Shown in pieces: positions 8,169-31,367 of a DNA stretch of 64,000 bases. Source of the DNA: an uncultured Verrucomicrobiota bacterium (GTDB lineage: Bacteria > Verrucomicrobiota > Kiritimatiellia > RFP12 > UBA1067); NCBI GenBank assembly GCA_947305775.1, contig CAMZEN010000006.1, positions 6,080 to 70,079 on the forward strand. The letters run 5' to 3'. The position numbers were made by a program, and so were the translations under genes. The notes under the pieces are model-generated. The model had not been told where the DNA came from, did not search any database, and was given only the letters and a program-made list of their open reading frames with translations. Numbering within the stretch: the first letter of the stretch is position 1; every line of letters starts with the position of its first letter.

Positions 8169-9397
8169 TTTCCCAGTTTCTCCTGAATCATCTTCTGCGT
8201 CACGACGACCTTCGACATCTTTGCGTTGCCAGGAGCCTCGTACATGACGTCCGTCATCAAACGCTCCATCTCCGCACGCAGGCCGCGCGCGCCGGTCTTG
8301 CGCTCAAGCGCCTTCTTGGCGAGTTCGCGCAGCGCACCATCTTCGAAGGACAATTCGACACCGTCCATCTTCAGCAGCTTCACGTACTGCTTGACCAGCG
8401 AATTCTTCGGCTCGGTCAACACGCGAACAAGGTCGTCCTCAGAAAGCTCCTTCATCGAAGTGATGACGGGCAGGCGTCCGGTGAATTCAGGTATCAGCCC
8501 GAACTTGACCAGGTCCTCGGGGCGCACATCAAGCGCCTCCAGCTCCTTGGACTTAAGTCCGTCGGCGCCGGAATCTCCGCCCTCTTCGCCTTCGCTCGAA
8601 CCGAAGCCGATGGCGCGCTTGCCTGTGCGCTCGCCAACGATGCGGTCCAGGCCGACAAACGCACCGCCGCAGATGAAGAGTATGTTGGAAGTGTCGACTT
8701 CAATGTACTCCTGGTCGGGATGCTTGCGTCCGCCTTTGGGCGGAATGCGGCATATCGTGCCCTCGAGTATCTTCAAGAGGGCCTGCTGCACGCCTTCGCC
8801 CGAGACGTCGCGCGTTATCGAGACATTGTCGGTCTTGGACGCGATCTTGTCGATTTCGTCCACGTAGATTATGCCGCGCTTGGCGAGCTCCACATTGCCG
8901 TCGGAATTCTGAAGGAGGTACCTTACAAGGTTTTCCACATCTTCGCCGACATAGCCGGCCTGCGTCAGGACAGTGGCGTCGCCGATCGCGAACGGAACGC
9001 CAAGCACCTTCGCAAGCGTTCTCGCGAGGAGGGTCTTGCCCGTTCCGGTCGGCCCGATCAGAAGGATGTTCGACTTCTCGATCTCCACGCCGTCGTCGGC
9101 CACGCCCTTCGCCGCGGCCTCAAGGCGGCGGTAATGGTTGTGCACCGCAACGGCGAGGACCTTCTTCACCTCGTCATGCCCGATTACGTACTGGTCGAGG
9201 AATTCCTTGATCGCCCTTGGCGTCGGCGTAGGCGGAAGATCGGGGAGATATTCCTGTCGCTTCTCGGCCCGCTCGACCATTGCATTTGCATGCTTTACGC
9301 AATCGACGCAGATGTTGCCGTCCGCGCCGGGTATTACCGCAACCTCAAGCGAGCTGCGCCCGCAGAAGGAGCAGAAAAGCTCTTGCTTCTTCTTCAT
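8165..9397 (-). CDS. clpX: ATP-dependent Clp protease ATP-binding subunit ClpX
   Basis: Zinc finger CSFCGR...CVDC, Walker [12 protein letters not shown]-type loop region. The start was trimmed to [13 protein letters not shown] (ATG 9397), overlapping the clpP stop. The ORF-track N-terminal extension is Arg/Pro-rich junk. Confidence 0.95.
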   Translation of the reverse strand: MKKKQELFCSFCGRSSLEVAVIPGADGNICVDCVKHANAMVERAEKRQEYLPDLPPTPTPRAIKEFLDQYVIGHDEVKKVLAVAVHNHYRRLEAAAKGVADDGVEIEKSNILLIGPTGTGKTLLARTLAKVLGVPFAIGDATVLTQAGYVGEDVENLVRYLLQNSDGNVELAKRGIIYVDEIDKIASKTDNVSITRDVSGEGVQQALLKILEGTICRIPPKGGRKHPDQEYIEVDTSNILFICGGAFVGLDRIVGERTGKRAIGFGSSEGEEGGDSGADGLKSKELEALDVRPEDLVKFGLIPEFTGRLPVITSMKELSEDDLVRVLTEPKNSLVKQYVKLLKMDGVELSFEDGALRELAKKALERKTGARGLRAEMERLMTDVMYEAPGNAKMSKVVVTQKMIQEKLGK

Positions 9398-10008
9398 TCC
9401 ACAACCTTGTCGATCAGTCCCCACTCGACAGCTTCCTTGGCGCCCATGAAATGGTCGCGGTCGGTGTCGGCGACGACGTCGGAGAGCGTGCGGCCGGAAT
9501 GCTTTGCGAGGATTCCGTTCAGGACGTCCTTCAGGCGCAGTATCTCGCGGGCCGTGATCTCGATGTCGCTGGCCTTGCCCTCGGCGCCGCCCCACGGCTG
9601 GTGGATCATGATCCTTGCGTTGGGAAGCGCGTAGCGCTTGCCCTTGGCGCCGGCGGTGAGAAGCACCGCGCCCATCGAGGCGGCCTGGCCGATGCAGTAG
9701 GTCGCCACGGGGCACTTCACGAACTGCATCGTATCGTAGATCGCCAGGCCCGCCGTGACGCTGCCGCCCGGCGAGTTGATGTAGACGCTAATGTCCTTCT
9801 TCGGATCCTGCGACTGCAAGAAAAGCAGCTGCGCACAGACGGCGTTCGCCATCTCGTCGTTTACTTCACCCGATATGAATACGATCCTGTCAAGGAGGAG
9901 GCGCGAGTATATGTCGTACGTGCGCTCCCCCTTGCCGGTCTGCTCAACCACATAGGGTATCATGTAGGAATTCATCTTGTGCGGGACCTTTCGGGAACCG
10001 TCGATCAC
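9394..10008 (-). CDS. clpP: ATP-dependent Clp protease proteolytic subunit ClpP
   Basis: [23 protein letters not shown]...GQAASMG (catalytic Ser). GTG at 10008 overlaps the tig stop. The ATG at 9975 (MNSYMIPYV) is an equally plausible start. Confidence 0.95.
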   Translation of the reverse strand: MIDGSRKVPHKMNSYMIPYVVEQTGKGERTYDIYSRLLLDRIVFISGEVNDEMANAVCAQLLFLQSQDPKKDISVYINSPGGSVTAGLAIYDTMQFVKCPVATYCIGQAASMGAVLLTAGAKGKRYALPNARIMIHQPWGGAEGKASDIEITAREILRLKDVLNGILAKHSGRTLSDVVADTDRDHFMGAKEAVEWGLIDKVVE

Positions 10009-11186
10009 TTCGCGTTGGCGAGGATGAACTCGAGCACCTTCTTGCCGCGCTCGTTGTCCTTAGCCTCGATCTTCTCCGCCTCGGCGATCGCGTCGAAGAG
10101 GTACCAGAGCCTCACCTGGTTTATGGCGTTCTCCCTGGCGTCGGCGAGTATCTTATCCTTGTTCTCCTTGATGTACTCGGCGGTGACGCCGGCGTTCCTC
10201 GCACGCTGCTCGAGCTGGGCGAGGTAGCTATCCTCGGCGTTGCGAACCTGGCTCTCGGGCACGTCGAAATCGACCTTCTTGAGAAGCATCTCCACGGCTT
10301 CGTTCTCGCGGCGGGCGGCTTCCTGCTGGACGCGCTGCTTCTCGAGCGACTCGCGAATCGTCTTCTTGAGAGCATCGATGTTCTCGACCTTCGCCTTCTC
10401 GGCGAATTCCGCGTCGGTCGGAAGGATGCGGCGGCGGAACGACTTGAGCGTAACGGAGTACACGGCGTTCTTGCCCTTGAGCGGATCGGGCGCGGCGCCC
10501 TCGTCGAACTTGGCGTTCACTTCGGCCTTGGTCTCGCCGGCCTTCATTCCCTTCAAGGCATCAAGTATCTCGGGAAGGAAGCGGCCTTCTTCGATCTGGG
10601 TCCAGAAGCCGACGCCGCTGGCGACGATCTTGGCCTCGGGGGCGAGCTCGAGAATCGGCTTGCCGTCGACGGTGCCGCTGTAGTCGATCTGCACAAAGTC
10701 TCCGTCTGCGGCGGCCTCGCCCTCCTTCGCGTCCTCGTACTTCGCGTACATTGCGCGAAGACGCTCGACCTGCTCGTCGACTTCGTTGTCCTCCACCTTA
10801 ACGTTTGCGGGCGCGATCTTCAGACCCGTGTATGTGGGCAGCTTGAACGTGGGCTTCACTTCGACGATAGCCGTGAAAATGCCGCCTTCGGGGGTGATCG
10901 ACACATCCTTCACGTCCGCAATGGCGACTTCGTCAAGATTCTCGGCCTTCACCGCGTTTGAATAGTGCTTGCGGATCATCGCGCGGGTGAATTCCTGCTG
11001 CATCTCCGTGGCGAAGTTTTTGCGGATGAGCTCCACGGGCACCTTGCCGGGACGGAACCCAGGAAGGCGAACCTCCTTCATGAACGCCTTCTCGACATCC
11101 TTTATGCAGGCCTTCGCCTCGTCAGCGTCCAACGCTACAGTGAGGCTAACCTCGCACTTGTCCATCTTCTTTGTTTCGGTTTTCAT
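10005..11186 (-). CDS. tig: trigger factor
   Basis: N-terminal [10 protein letters not shown] ribosome-binding signature and its position in front of clpP-clpX. Confidence 0.9.
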   Translation of the reverse strand: MKTETKKMDKCEVSLTVALDADEAKACIKDVEKAFMKEVRLPGFRPGKVPVELIRKNFATEMQQEFTRAMIRKHYSNAVKAENLDEVAIADVKDVSITPEGGIFTAIVEVKPTFKLPTYTGLKIAPANVKVEDNEVDEQVERLRAMYAKYEDAKEGEAAADGDFVQIDYSGTVDGKPILELAPEAKIVASGVGFWTQIEEGRFLPEILDALKGMKAGETKAEVNAKFDEGAAPDPLKGKNAVYSVTLKSFRRRILPTDAEFAEKAKVENIDALKKTIRESLEKQRVQQEAARRENEAVEMLLKKVDFDVPESQVRNAEDSYLAQLEQRARNAGVTAEYIKENKDKILADARENAINQVRLWYLFDAIAEAEKIEAKDNERGKKVLEFILANAK

Positions 11187-11240
11187 TTTACCAATCTCTC
11201 CTCGTTGTTGAAATTTGCCGTTGTTCTTGTTTGTTGCTGA

Positions 11241-12608
11241 TTACTGTCTGAAAAAAGCCTTGTAGAGCGAGCGCACGGCCAGATCGCGGTCGGCCTGCCT
11301 GATCGCTATCATGAACGACACCTCGCTTGAGCCCTGGTTGACCATCGACAACGATATGCCGGCCGAGGCGAGCGCGAGGCAAGCCTTGGCGAACATACCG
11401 GACGTGTAGCACATGCCCTCGCCTACGACCATGAGTATGGTGAAGTCGCGCTCTATCGTCACGTAGTCGGGGTCGAGCTCCTTCTTGAGAGCCTGGATTA
11501 CGCGGCGCTCCTTATCCTTCGGAAGGTTCTGTCCCTTTACGACGACGCACTGCGAATCCACGCCCGAAGGCATGTGCTCATAGGCGATATGCTCGTTCTC
11601 CAGCACCTGCAGAAGCCTGCGGCCGAAGCCTATCTGACGGTTCATCAGGTACTTCTCGACCACTATGTTGCAGAAGCCGTCCATGGACGCGATGCCGACC
11701 ACGGTACCCGGTATCACCCTGCGCGACTGCACGATCATGGTGCCGGGCTCCGAGGGATGGTTGGTGTTGCGTATGTTGATCGGTATCCTCGCGCGCACGG
11801 CGGGTATCACCGCGTCATCGTTGAACACTCCGAAGCCGGCGTAGGCAAGCTCCCGCATTTCGCGGTATGTCATCATCGGGATGCCCTCGCCTTCCTTCAC
11901 CTCCGGAACGATGCGGGGATCCACCGGGAACACCGAATCGACATCCGTGAAGTTCTCGTACACATCGGCGCAGATCGCCGCGGCGAGTATCGAACCCGTT
12001 ATGTCGCTGCCGCCGCGCGGGAACGTGGCGACCTTGCCCTCCTTGGTGTAGCCGAAGAAGCCGGGATAGATCACTATGCCCTCAAAGTTGGAGAAGGCGC
12101 GCGACAGCGTAGCGTAACTGGACGGATCGAGCGTGGCGTCGCCGAACTCGCCCTTCAGCACCATGCCGGTATCCTTCGGGCTTGCATAGCGCGCCTTCTT
12201 TCCGCGAGCCATGAACGCAATAGCGACGAGCTTTGCGTTGTTGTCCTCGCCGGAAGCCTTCATGAGGTCCATAAACTCGGCACGCTCGAGCGTGGAGACC
12301 TGCGCAAGACGGTCCATGAGATCCATCTCGATCTCGCGGACAATCTCGTCGCCCAGCTTGAGCTCGCCGGCCATCTCGGCGTAGCGCTCCACGACGGCAC
12401 CGTACTGCCGGTCCGTGTTCTCGCCCTTGAGGGCGGTTTCGGCAAGCTCAATCAAAAGGTCGGTAACCTTGATGTCGCCAGGGTGCCTCTTGCCCGGCGC
12501 GGATACGACAACGATGCGCCTGGCAGGGTCCGAAAGGACGATGTCTATAACCTTGTTGAGCTGTGTGGCGTTGGCCAGGGAGCTTCCGCCGAATTTGCAG
12601 ACTTTCAT
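11241..12608 (-). CDS. lysC: aspartate kinase
   Basis: MKVCKFGGSSLANA...VVVSAPGK N-terminal kinase motifs and C-terminal ACT-like region. Confidence 0.85.
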   Translation of the reverse strand: MKVCKFGGSSLANATQLNKVIDIVLSDPARRIVVVSAPGKRHPGDIKVTDLLIELAETALKGENTDRQYGAVVERYAEMAGELKLGDEIVREIEMDLMDRLAQVSTLERAEFMDLMKASGEDNNAKLVAIAFMARGKKARYASPKDTGMVLKGEFGDATLDPSSYATLSRAFSNFEGIVIYPGFFGYTKEGKVATFPRGGSDITGSILAAAICADVYENFTDVDSVFPVDPRIVPEVKEGEGIPMMTYREMRELAYAGFGVFNDDAVIPAVRARIPINIRNTNHPSEPGTMIVQSRRVIPGTVVGIASMDGFCNIVVEKYLMNRQIGFGRRLLQVLENEHIAYEHMPSGVDSQCVVVKGQNLPKDKERRVIQALKKELDPDYVTIERDFTILMVVGEGMCYTSGMFAKACLALASAGISLSMVNQGSSEVSFMIAIRQADRDLAVRSLYKAFFRQ

Positions 12609-12624
12609 TATTCGTTCAACCTTG

Positions 12625-13920
12625 TCAAATCATTCTGAACTTGACGGGCTTTGCGCCCACTACGCCGCTGGACTCTATCTCAGCGAGGGATTTCTCGAGG
12701 TCGGCGGCCTTGGCCTCATGGGTCAGCACGACGACGGGCACAAACCCGTTGACGGCCTTTTCGGCCTTCTGCGACGCGGCGGAAATGCTCACGCCGTGGT
12801 TGCCGAGCGTCGTCGCGATCGTGCCGAACGCACCGGCCCTGTCCGCGACCATGAAACGAATGTAGAAGCAGGACGATATCTCGCCGGCCGCGCGAAGCGT
12901 TATGGTTCCGTCGTCGTAGTTCGGAACCCCGCGCGCATAGCGCGTCTCTCCGTGCGCGAGGTTTCGCGCAATGTCGCCGATGTCGCCCACGACCGTTGAC
13001 GCCGTCGGAGCACGGCCAGCGCCGCGCCCATAGTACATCGTGCAGTCGCTCATGTCGCCGTTGACCCATGCGGCGTTGAACGCGTCGTTTACGCTCGCAA
13101 GCATGTGGGTCATCGGAACAAGCGTAGGCGCAACCGCGACCTCGACTTCGTCGCCGTGCCTCGCAACTCGCGCAAGCAGCTTGATCCTGTATCCGAAATC
13201 GGCGGCATACTTCACGTCGTCGCCCGCCAGATTGCGTATGCCCTCGACCTGCACTTCATCTACCTTGGGCTGGAACCCGTACGCAAGCGCCGCAAGGATG
13301 CATGCCTTGTGGGCGGTGTCCAGTCCGTCAATGTCGAGCGATGGATCGGCCTCTGCATACCCTAGGCGTTGGGCGTCCTTCAGGACTTCGTCGAACGGCA
13401 GGCCTTCGTTCTCCATGCGCGTAAGTATGTAGTTGCACGTACCGTTCAGAATGCCGAGGATGGAATTGATGGAATTGCCGGCAAGCCCTTCGCGCAAAAC
13501 GCGGATGATCGGGATTCCTCCGCCGACAGACGCGCCGAAATATATGTCCACGCCGTTCTTCTCGGCGGCGTCGAATATTTCGCGACCGTATTCGGCAAGA
13601 AGCTTCTTGTTGGCTGTAACGACGCATTTTCCGCCGTTCAGCGCCGCCAGGACAAATGTCTTCGCAATGCCTGTGCCGCCAATGGTCTCTACGACTATCT
13701 GCACCTCAGGGTCCGCTATGACGCTTTTCGCATCGGTGGTCAGGATGTCCGACGGCACATCAATTCCGCGATCCGTCGTAATGTCTATATCGGCTATTCT
13801 GCGCAAGACGATGTCCACGCCAAGGCGCTTCGCCATGACGTCGCGATGCTTCAGGAGTCCGTCAGCGACACCCGCGCCGACGGTTCCGAAACCTAGAATT
13901 CCAACTCCTATCTGCTTCAT
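12625..13920 (-). CDS. hom: homoserine dehydrogenase
   Basis: GILGFGTVGAG Rossmann start, NGTCNYIL motif, C-terminal ACT domain. Lies 16 nt upstream of lysC. Confidence 0.9.
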   Translation of the reverse strand: MKQIGVGILGFGTVGAGVADGLLKHRDVMAKRLGVDIVLRRIADIDITTDRGIDVPSDILTTDAKSVIADPEVQIVVETIGGTGIAKTFVLAALNGGKCVVTANKKLLAEYGREIFDAAEKNGVDIYFGASVGGGIPIIRVLREGLAGNSINSILGILNGTCNYILTRMENEGLPFDEVLKDAQRLGYAEADPSLDIDGLDTAHKACILAALAYGFQPKVDEVQVEGIRNLAGDDVKYAADFGYRIKLLARVARHGDEVEVAVAPTLVPMTHMLASVNDAFNAAWVNGDMSDCTMYYGRGAGRAPTASTVVGDIGDIARNLAHGETRYARGVPNYDDGTITLRAAGEISSCFYIRFMVADRAGAFGTIATTLGNHGVSISAASQKAEKAVNGFVPVVVLTHEAKAADLEKSLAEIESSGVVGAKPVKFRMI

Positions 13921-13947
13921 CTTTACCCTGCTTTCAGAAAAAAAGGT

Positions 13948-13977
13948 ATTTTACTATTATTTGCCTTTCGCCGTCAA
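13948..13977 (-). promoter_or_regulatory. sigma70-like promoter TTGACG-18-TAAAAT for hom-lysC
   Basis: Read on the minus strand in the 77-nt gap upstream of hom. Confidence 0.35.
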
Positions 13978-13997
13978 CCATGCGACAAAACCATTGC

Positions 13998-15464
13998 CTA
14001 ACGCCCACATGGGATGAAGTCTACTCGGCGCTGCTGGAAGTCAACCTTGGCCACATGAACCTTGAGCATCGTGCCCGGCCGCCAGCTTCCGCCGCCTGGT
14101 GCCGAAAGCGAACCATCGCTTTCGTTGTAGCGAACGAATTTCTTAGAAAGCACGCTAACGTGTATCAAACCCGAAACGGAAATCTCAGGAATCTCCACAA
14201 AACATCCGTACGGCGTGCATTTGGAGACGATGGCATCGTAGTCGAGAATCTGGCGGGAAGCAAGCTGTTCCTCCAGAAGCCTGTACTTCTTTATCTCCAC
14301 AAGTCCACGTTCTGCGTCGGCGGCGATACCCTCCATCTCGGTGGTATGCTCGGCCCATTTGGCCAAAACGTCGGGCGCAACCCTTGCGGCCTTGGCGCCC
14401 CCCTCAAGAAACGCAGAAAGCTGACGATGCAGCGTCAGATCGGGATAGCGCCGTATTGGAGACGTAAAGTGGGCGTAATACTTCTTTGAAAGTCCGAAAT
14501 GCCCGATCTTCGCAGAATCGTATACAGCGCGTTTCATCGATCTGAGGATCATCGTCGCCATAGTCGGATACAGAGGCTTGTTGCGTATGGTCCTCAAAAG
14601 CTGCGCGAACACCTTGGGATTCGAGATATTGCCGACCTTCAGGCCAAGTCCGCGAAGCTCCGAACGCAACGCAAATATCTTCTCGTCGCCTGGCGGCTCG
14701 TGGAGGCGGGCAAGTATCCGGACGCCTTTCGTCCATAGCTCCTTCGCAACCGCCTCGTTGGCGGCCACCATGCACTCCTCCACCATTTGGTGCGATTCGT
14801 CGTAGGGGCGCGTCACGAGACCCATCATCTCGCCGTCGGCGTCCAGCAGAACCTCCGCCTCGGGTATTTCTATATCAAGCGCACCGTCGGCGAAACGTCT
14901 GGCCCTAAGCTGTTGGGCGAGCTCATGTATTTCGTAGACCGTCTTAAGGTCCTTCGACCCCCGAGCGCCTTTGGCTCCGCCGGAGATTATCGTCATGACC
15001 TGCTCGTACGTCAAGCGGGCGCGAGACCTTATTACCGACTTCGCGAAAGAGCGGCCTGTCATCTCGCCGTTCTTGTTGAACGTCATGAACACGCTGAACG
15101 CAAGCCTGTCCTCGCCAGGCATCAGCGAGCACACGCCGTTCGACAGCGCTTCGGGCAGCATCGGCACGACACGATCGGCGAAGTAGACGCTCATAGAACG
15201 CCTGTAGGCTTCGCGGTCAATTTCGCTCCCGGGCCTGACGAAGTGCGACACGTCGGCGATGTGCACGCCGAGTATCCTGTTGCCGCGGCGATCCGTCTCC
15301 AGCGACAGGGCATCGTCGAAGTCCCTCGCGGTGACAGGATCGCACGTGAAGATGAACTTCTTGCGCAGATCGAGCCGACCTGTCGCATCGACCTTGGCCG
15401 GAATTTCCCTGGCCTCGGCAAGCACCTTGGGCGGGAAAGCCTTAGGCAGATCGTAGAACTTCAT
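13998..15464 (-). CDS. rnr: RNase II/R family 3'-5' exoribonuclease (RNB + S1, no N-terminal cold-shock domains)
   Basis: RNB motifs FTCDPVTARDFDDALS and HFGL...YAHFTSPIRRYPD. C-terminal S1 domain (GCFVEIPE...GLIHVS). Start trimmed to MKFYDLPK (ATG 15464) because the longer ORF overlaps the rpoC 3' end. Confidence 0.8.
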   Translation of the reverse strand: MKFYDLPKAFPPKVLAEAREIPAKVDATGRLDLRKKFIFTCDPVTARDFDDALSLETDRRGNRILGVHIADVSHFVRPGSEIDREAYRRSMSVYFADRVVPMLPEALSNGVCSLMPGEDRLAFSVFMTFNKNGEMTGRSFAKSVIRSRARLTYEQVMTIISGGAKGARGSKDLKTVYEIHELAQQLRARRFADGALDIEIPEAEVLLDADGEMMGLVTRPYDESHQMVEECMVAANEAVAKELWTKGVRILARLHEPPGDEKIFALRSELRGLGLKVGNISNPKVFAQLLRTIRNKPLYPTMATMILRSMKRAVYDSAKIGHFGLSKKYYAHFTSPIRRYPDLTLHRQLSAFLEGGAKAARVAPDVLAKWAEHTTEMEGIAADAERGLVEIKKYRLLEEQLASRQILDYDAIVSKCTPYGCFVEIPEISVSGLIHVSVLSKKFVRYNESDGSLSAPGGGSWRPGTMLKVHVAKVDFQQRRVDFIPCGR

Positions 15465-15534
15465 CACCGCCGCCGTATCTTCACGCGGCGTCTTGCCGGG
15501 CGGCGGGAATGAAGTCTCTTTTCTGGAGAAGCGA

Positions 15535-19893
<4,359 letters not shown>

Positions 19894-19940
19894 TGTTTTG
19901 AACTTTCAAACTCTCAAACTTTCGAACTCTCGAACTGGCC

Positions 19941-23873
<3,933 letters not shown>

Positions 23874-23994
23874 TTGGACTTGCCTTTTTTCTTGTTGTTT
23901 TTTGCGAAAAATTACGCTTTTGACCCCGAATGCGTCTGAAGTGTGGTAAGCAGCCACTTTGTTAACTGTCCACATTCCGGGCATGAAAGTGAGA

Positions 23995-24023
23995 AGTATA
24001 CCAAATCTTTTGCACAAATGCAA
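23995..24023 (-). promoter_or_regulatory. sigma70-like promoter TTGCAT-17-TATACT dedicated to rpoB
   Basis: Minus strand: -35 at 24023-24018 and -10 at 24000-23995, spacer exactly 17 nt. Predicts a leader of about 110 nt. Confidence 0.45.
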
Positions 24024-24071
24024 CGGCACCCCCGAAAACCTCTATGAACATATGTTTTCTCAAGTTTGGCC

Positions 24072-24111
24072 ATAAAATAACAAGCGCGGCGAACCGCATG
24101 GCTCGCCGCGC
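24072..24111 (-). terminator. rho-independent terminator after groEL
   Basis: 9-bp stem GCGCGGCGA / TCGCCGCGC (24084-24111). On the minus strand it is followed by CUUGUUAUUUUAU. Confidence 0.6.
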
Positions 24112-24139
24112 CTGGTTTGATGCAATCTGCAACAGACTG

Positions 24140-25774
<1,635 letters not shown>

Positions 25775-25843
25775 GATAAATATCTCCTTTTCCTATCGTT
25801 AGGGTCCGGGGAAGACTGGTCTTCCCCGTCCATTCCCAGTCGT

Positions 25844-26131
25844 TTACTTCTCGAGAACGCCCAGCAGGTCCTCTTCGCGGACGAGCTGCAGCTTCTTGCC
25901 GTCGAGCTTCACTTCGGTGCCGCCGTACTTGGGCAGAAGCACGGTGTCGCCGGCCTTCACGTCGAAAGGCAGTTCCTTGCCGTCCTTGTCGGTCTTCTTG
26001 CCAACCGCGATGACCGTGCCCTGCATGGGCTTCTCCTTTGCCGAGTCGGGAATGATGATTCCGCCGACGGTCTGTTCCTTCTCTTCGATGGGCTCCACGA
26101 GCACGCGGTCGCCCAGAGGTCTGATCTTCAT
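25844..26131 (-). CDS. groES: co-chaperonin GroES
   Basis: [14 protein letters not shown].... Start trimmed to ATG 26131. Confidence 0.95.
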   Translation of the reverse strand: MKIRPLGDRVLVEPIEEKEQTVGGIIIPDSAKEKPMQGTVIAVGKKTDKDGKELPFDVKAGDTVLLPKYGGTEVKLDGKKLQLVREEDLLGVLEK

Positions 26132-26169
26132 TTGTCTGTTTCCTTTCAAGTAGGATTTGCTGTTTTAGA

Positions 26170-28101
<1,932 letters not shown>

Positions 28102-28149
28102 AATCTTTTTCTTCCTTCCGTTGCCTTACTGGGGCAACGCCCAAGGAGT

Positions 28150-28165
28150 AGCAGAGACCGTGCCA
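28150..28165 (-). promoter_or_regulatory. sigma54-type -24/-12 element TGGCACGGTCTCTGCT upstream of dnaK
   Basis: Minus-strand read. GG and GC sit at the canonical spacing of TGGCACG-N4-TTGC. The -12 GC lies about 50 nt upstream of the dnaK ATG. A near-identical element precedes clpB. Confidence 0.4.
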
Positions 28166-28201
28166 AGACCCAAATTACCACTCCACCACATCTATATTGC
28201 G

Positions 28202-28241
28202 ACAAGTGCGACAATCTGTCGCGACAGCCTGTCGCACTTGT
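28202..28241. promoter_or_regulatory. 40-bp nested dyad: ACAAGTGCGACA..CTGTCGCGACAG..TGTCGCACTTGT
   Basis: Outer 12-bp arms (28202-28213 / 28230-28241) and inner 12-bp palindrome (28216-28227) share the centre 28221.5. 36 of 40 positions are paired. Confidence 0.6.
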
Positions 28242-28257
28242 GCGCCAACAAGGAAGA

Positions 28258-28282
28258 GGGGCGGCATCCTTCATGCCGCCCC
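28258..28282 (-). terminator. terminator hairpin after clpB
   Basis: GGGGCGGCAT / ATGCCGCCCC 10-bp stem, 5-nt loop. The minus-strand tail UCUUCCUUGUU is U-rich but imperfect. Confidence 0.55.
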
Positions 28283-28313
28283 ACGACTTTTACTATTCGT
28301 CTTATATATGTCT

Positions 28314-30392
<2,079 letters not shown>

Positions 30393-30417
30393 GGTTTTTT
30401 ACCTCCACCGCCATATT

Positions 30418-30433
30418 AGCAGAGGCCATGCCA
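30418..30433 (-). promoter_or_regulatory. sigma54-type -24/-12 element TGGCATGGCCTCTGCT upstream of clpB
   Basis: Minus-strand read. 14 of 16 positions identical to the dnaK element. The -12 GC lies 27 nt from the clpB ATG, with GGAGG in between. Confidence 0.4.
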
Positions 30434-30503
30434 CAACTTAATCACCCTGTTTCAGCGCCAAATTGTCGCGTTCCGCGCCAATCTGCCGCGAAATTCATTC
30501 AAC

Positions 30504-31355
30504 TTACTTGCTGTTTTGCGATAAAATCCGTTTCCCGCAGTGCGGACAGAAAATGGGAGTATCTTCATCCTTCCGAGTATCTGCCGCCTTGCTCTGCTTA
30601 TTCGACATGTGCTCTAAAAATCCTGATGATATGATGCTCGTCGGAATTGCAACCATTCCGATGCCAAGCAGTGCGATGATTGCACCGAAAATACGTCCGA
30701 CGGCCGTCACAGGATAGATGTCGCCGTAACCGACCGTAGTCAGCGTGGCAACGGCCCACCACAACCCGGAAAATGCATTGCGAAACGCCTCTGGCTGCGC
30801 ATCATGTTCAACGGCGTACACCAGTAACGATGAAACAAGCATGAGAATCGCCACAAAGAAGATCGATCCAATGAGTTCCCGCCGCTTATCCCGTACTATC
30901 TCACCAATCATCGAAAGCGCATCGAAGTACCGGTTAAGCTTGAATATGCGCAAAAGACGCACCAGACGAAACGCCCGCATACCCAGCATAGAACCAGGCA
31001 GAAGCATCGGAAGCCAGAACGGAAGAATCGCCAGAAGATCGACGATTGCCATGCCGGAAACAACGTAACGGACACGCACACGCCACGGACTCCTTTCGGA
31101 ATCAAGCTCCGGCGCCGTCCAGATGCGAAGCACATATTCGATTGTGAACACAATGGACGCCACCGCTTCAAATCCTATGAGTGCGCGACGCACGGCGGCG
31201 GAGAGGTCGAGCGTCACGACAAATACGGAAGCGACACTGAGAACAATCAGCGAAGTGATCATCCAGTCAAAGAGCAGACTTGGCCAATACCCGGACGAGT
31301 CCGGCTGAATCACCCTAAATACGCCCTTTCGCAGGTTACTTACCAGATAGCTCAT
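30504..31355 (-). CDS. voltage-gated (Kv-type, 6-TM) potassium channel
   Basis: Selectivity filter TTVGYGD. S4-like helix RAFRLVRLLRIFKLNR with a basic residue at every third position. C-terminal CPHC motif. Confidence 0.8.
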   Translation of the reverse strand: MSYLVSNLRKGVFRVIQPDSSGYWPSLLFDWMITSLIVLSVASVFVVTLDLSAAVRRALIGFEAVASIVFTIEYVLRIWTAPELDSERSPWRVRVRYVVSGMAIVDLLAILPFWLPMLLPGSMLGMRAFRLVRLLRIFKLNRYFDALSMIGEIVRDKRRELIGSIFFVAILMLVSSLLVYAVEHDAQPEAFRNAFSGLWWAVATLTTVGYGDIYPVTAVGRIFGAIIALLGIGMVAIPTSIISSGFLEHMSNKQSKAADTRKDEDTPIFCPHCGKRILSQNSK

Positions 31356-31367
31356 TCTTTCCAGGCG

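Noticed and set aside
9398-9715. N-terminal extension of the ClpX ORF; similar extensions for rpoB (23874-24029), rnd (36286-36612) and rnr (15465-15596)
   Set aside because: The extensions are Arg/Pro/Gly-rich, overlap the upstream gene, and precede canonical conserved N-termini that have their own start codons.
28102-28313. CIRCE/HrcA operator or sigma32 promoter for dnaK
   Set aside because: No TTAGCACTC-N9-GAGTGCTAA was found here or upstream of groES or clpB. A partial look-alike (AGCACTC-N9-AGTGC at about 38655-38680) overlaps an iteron far from any chaperone gene.
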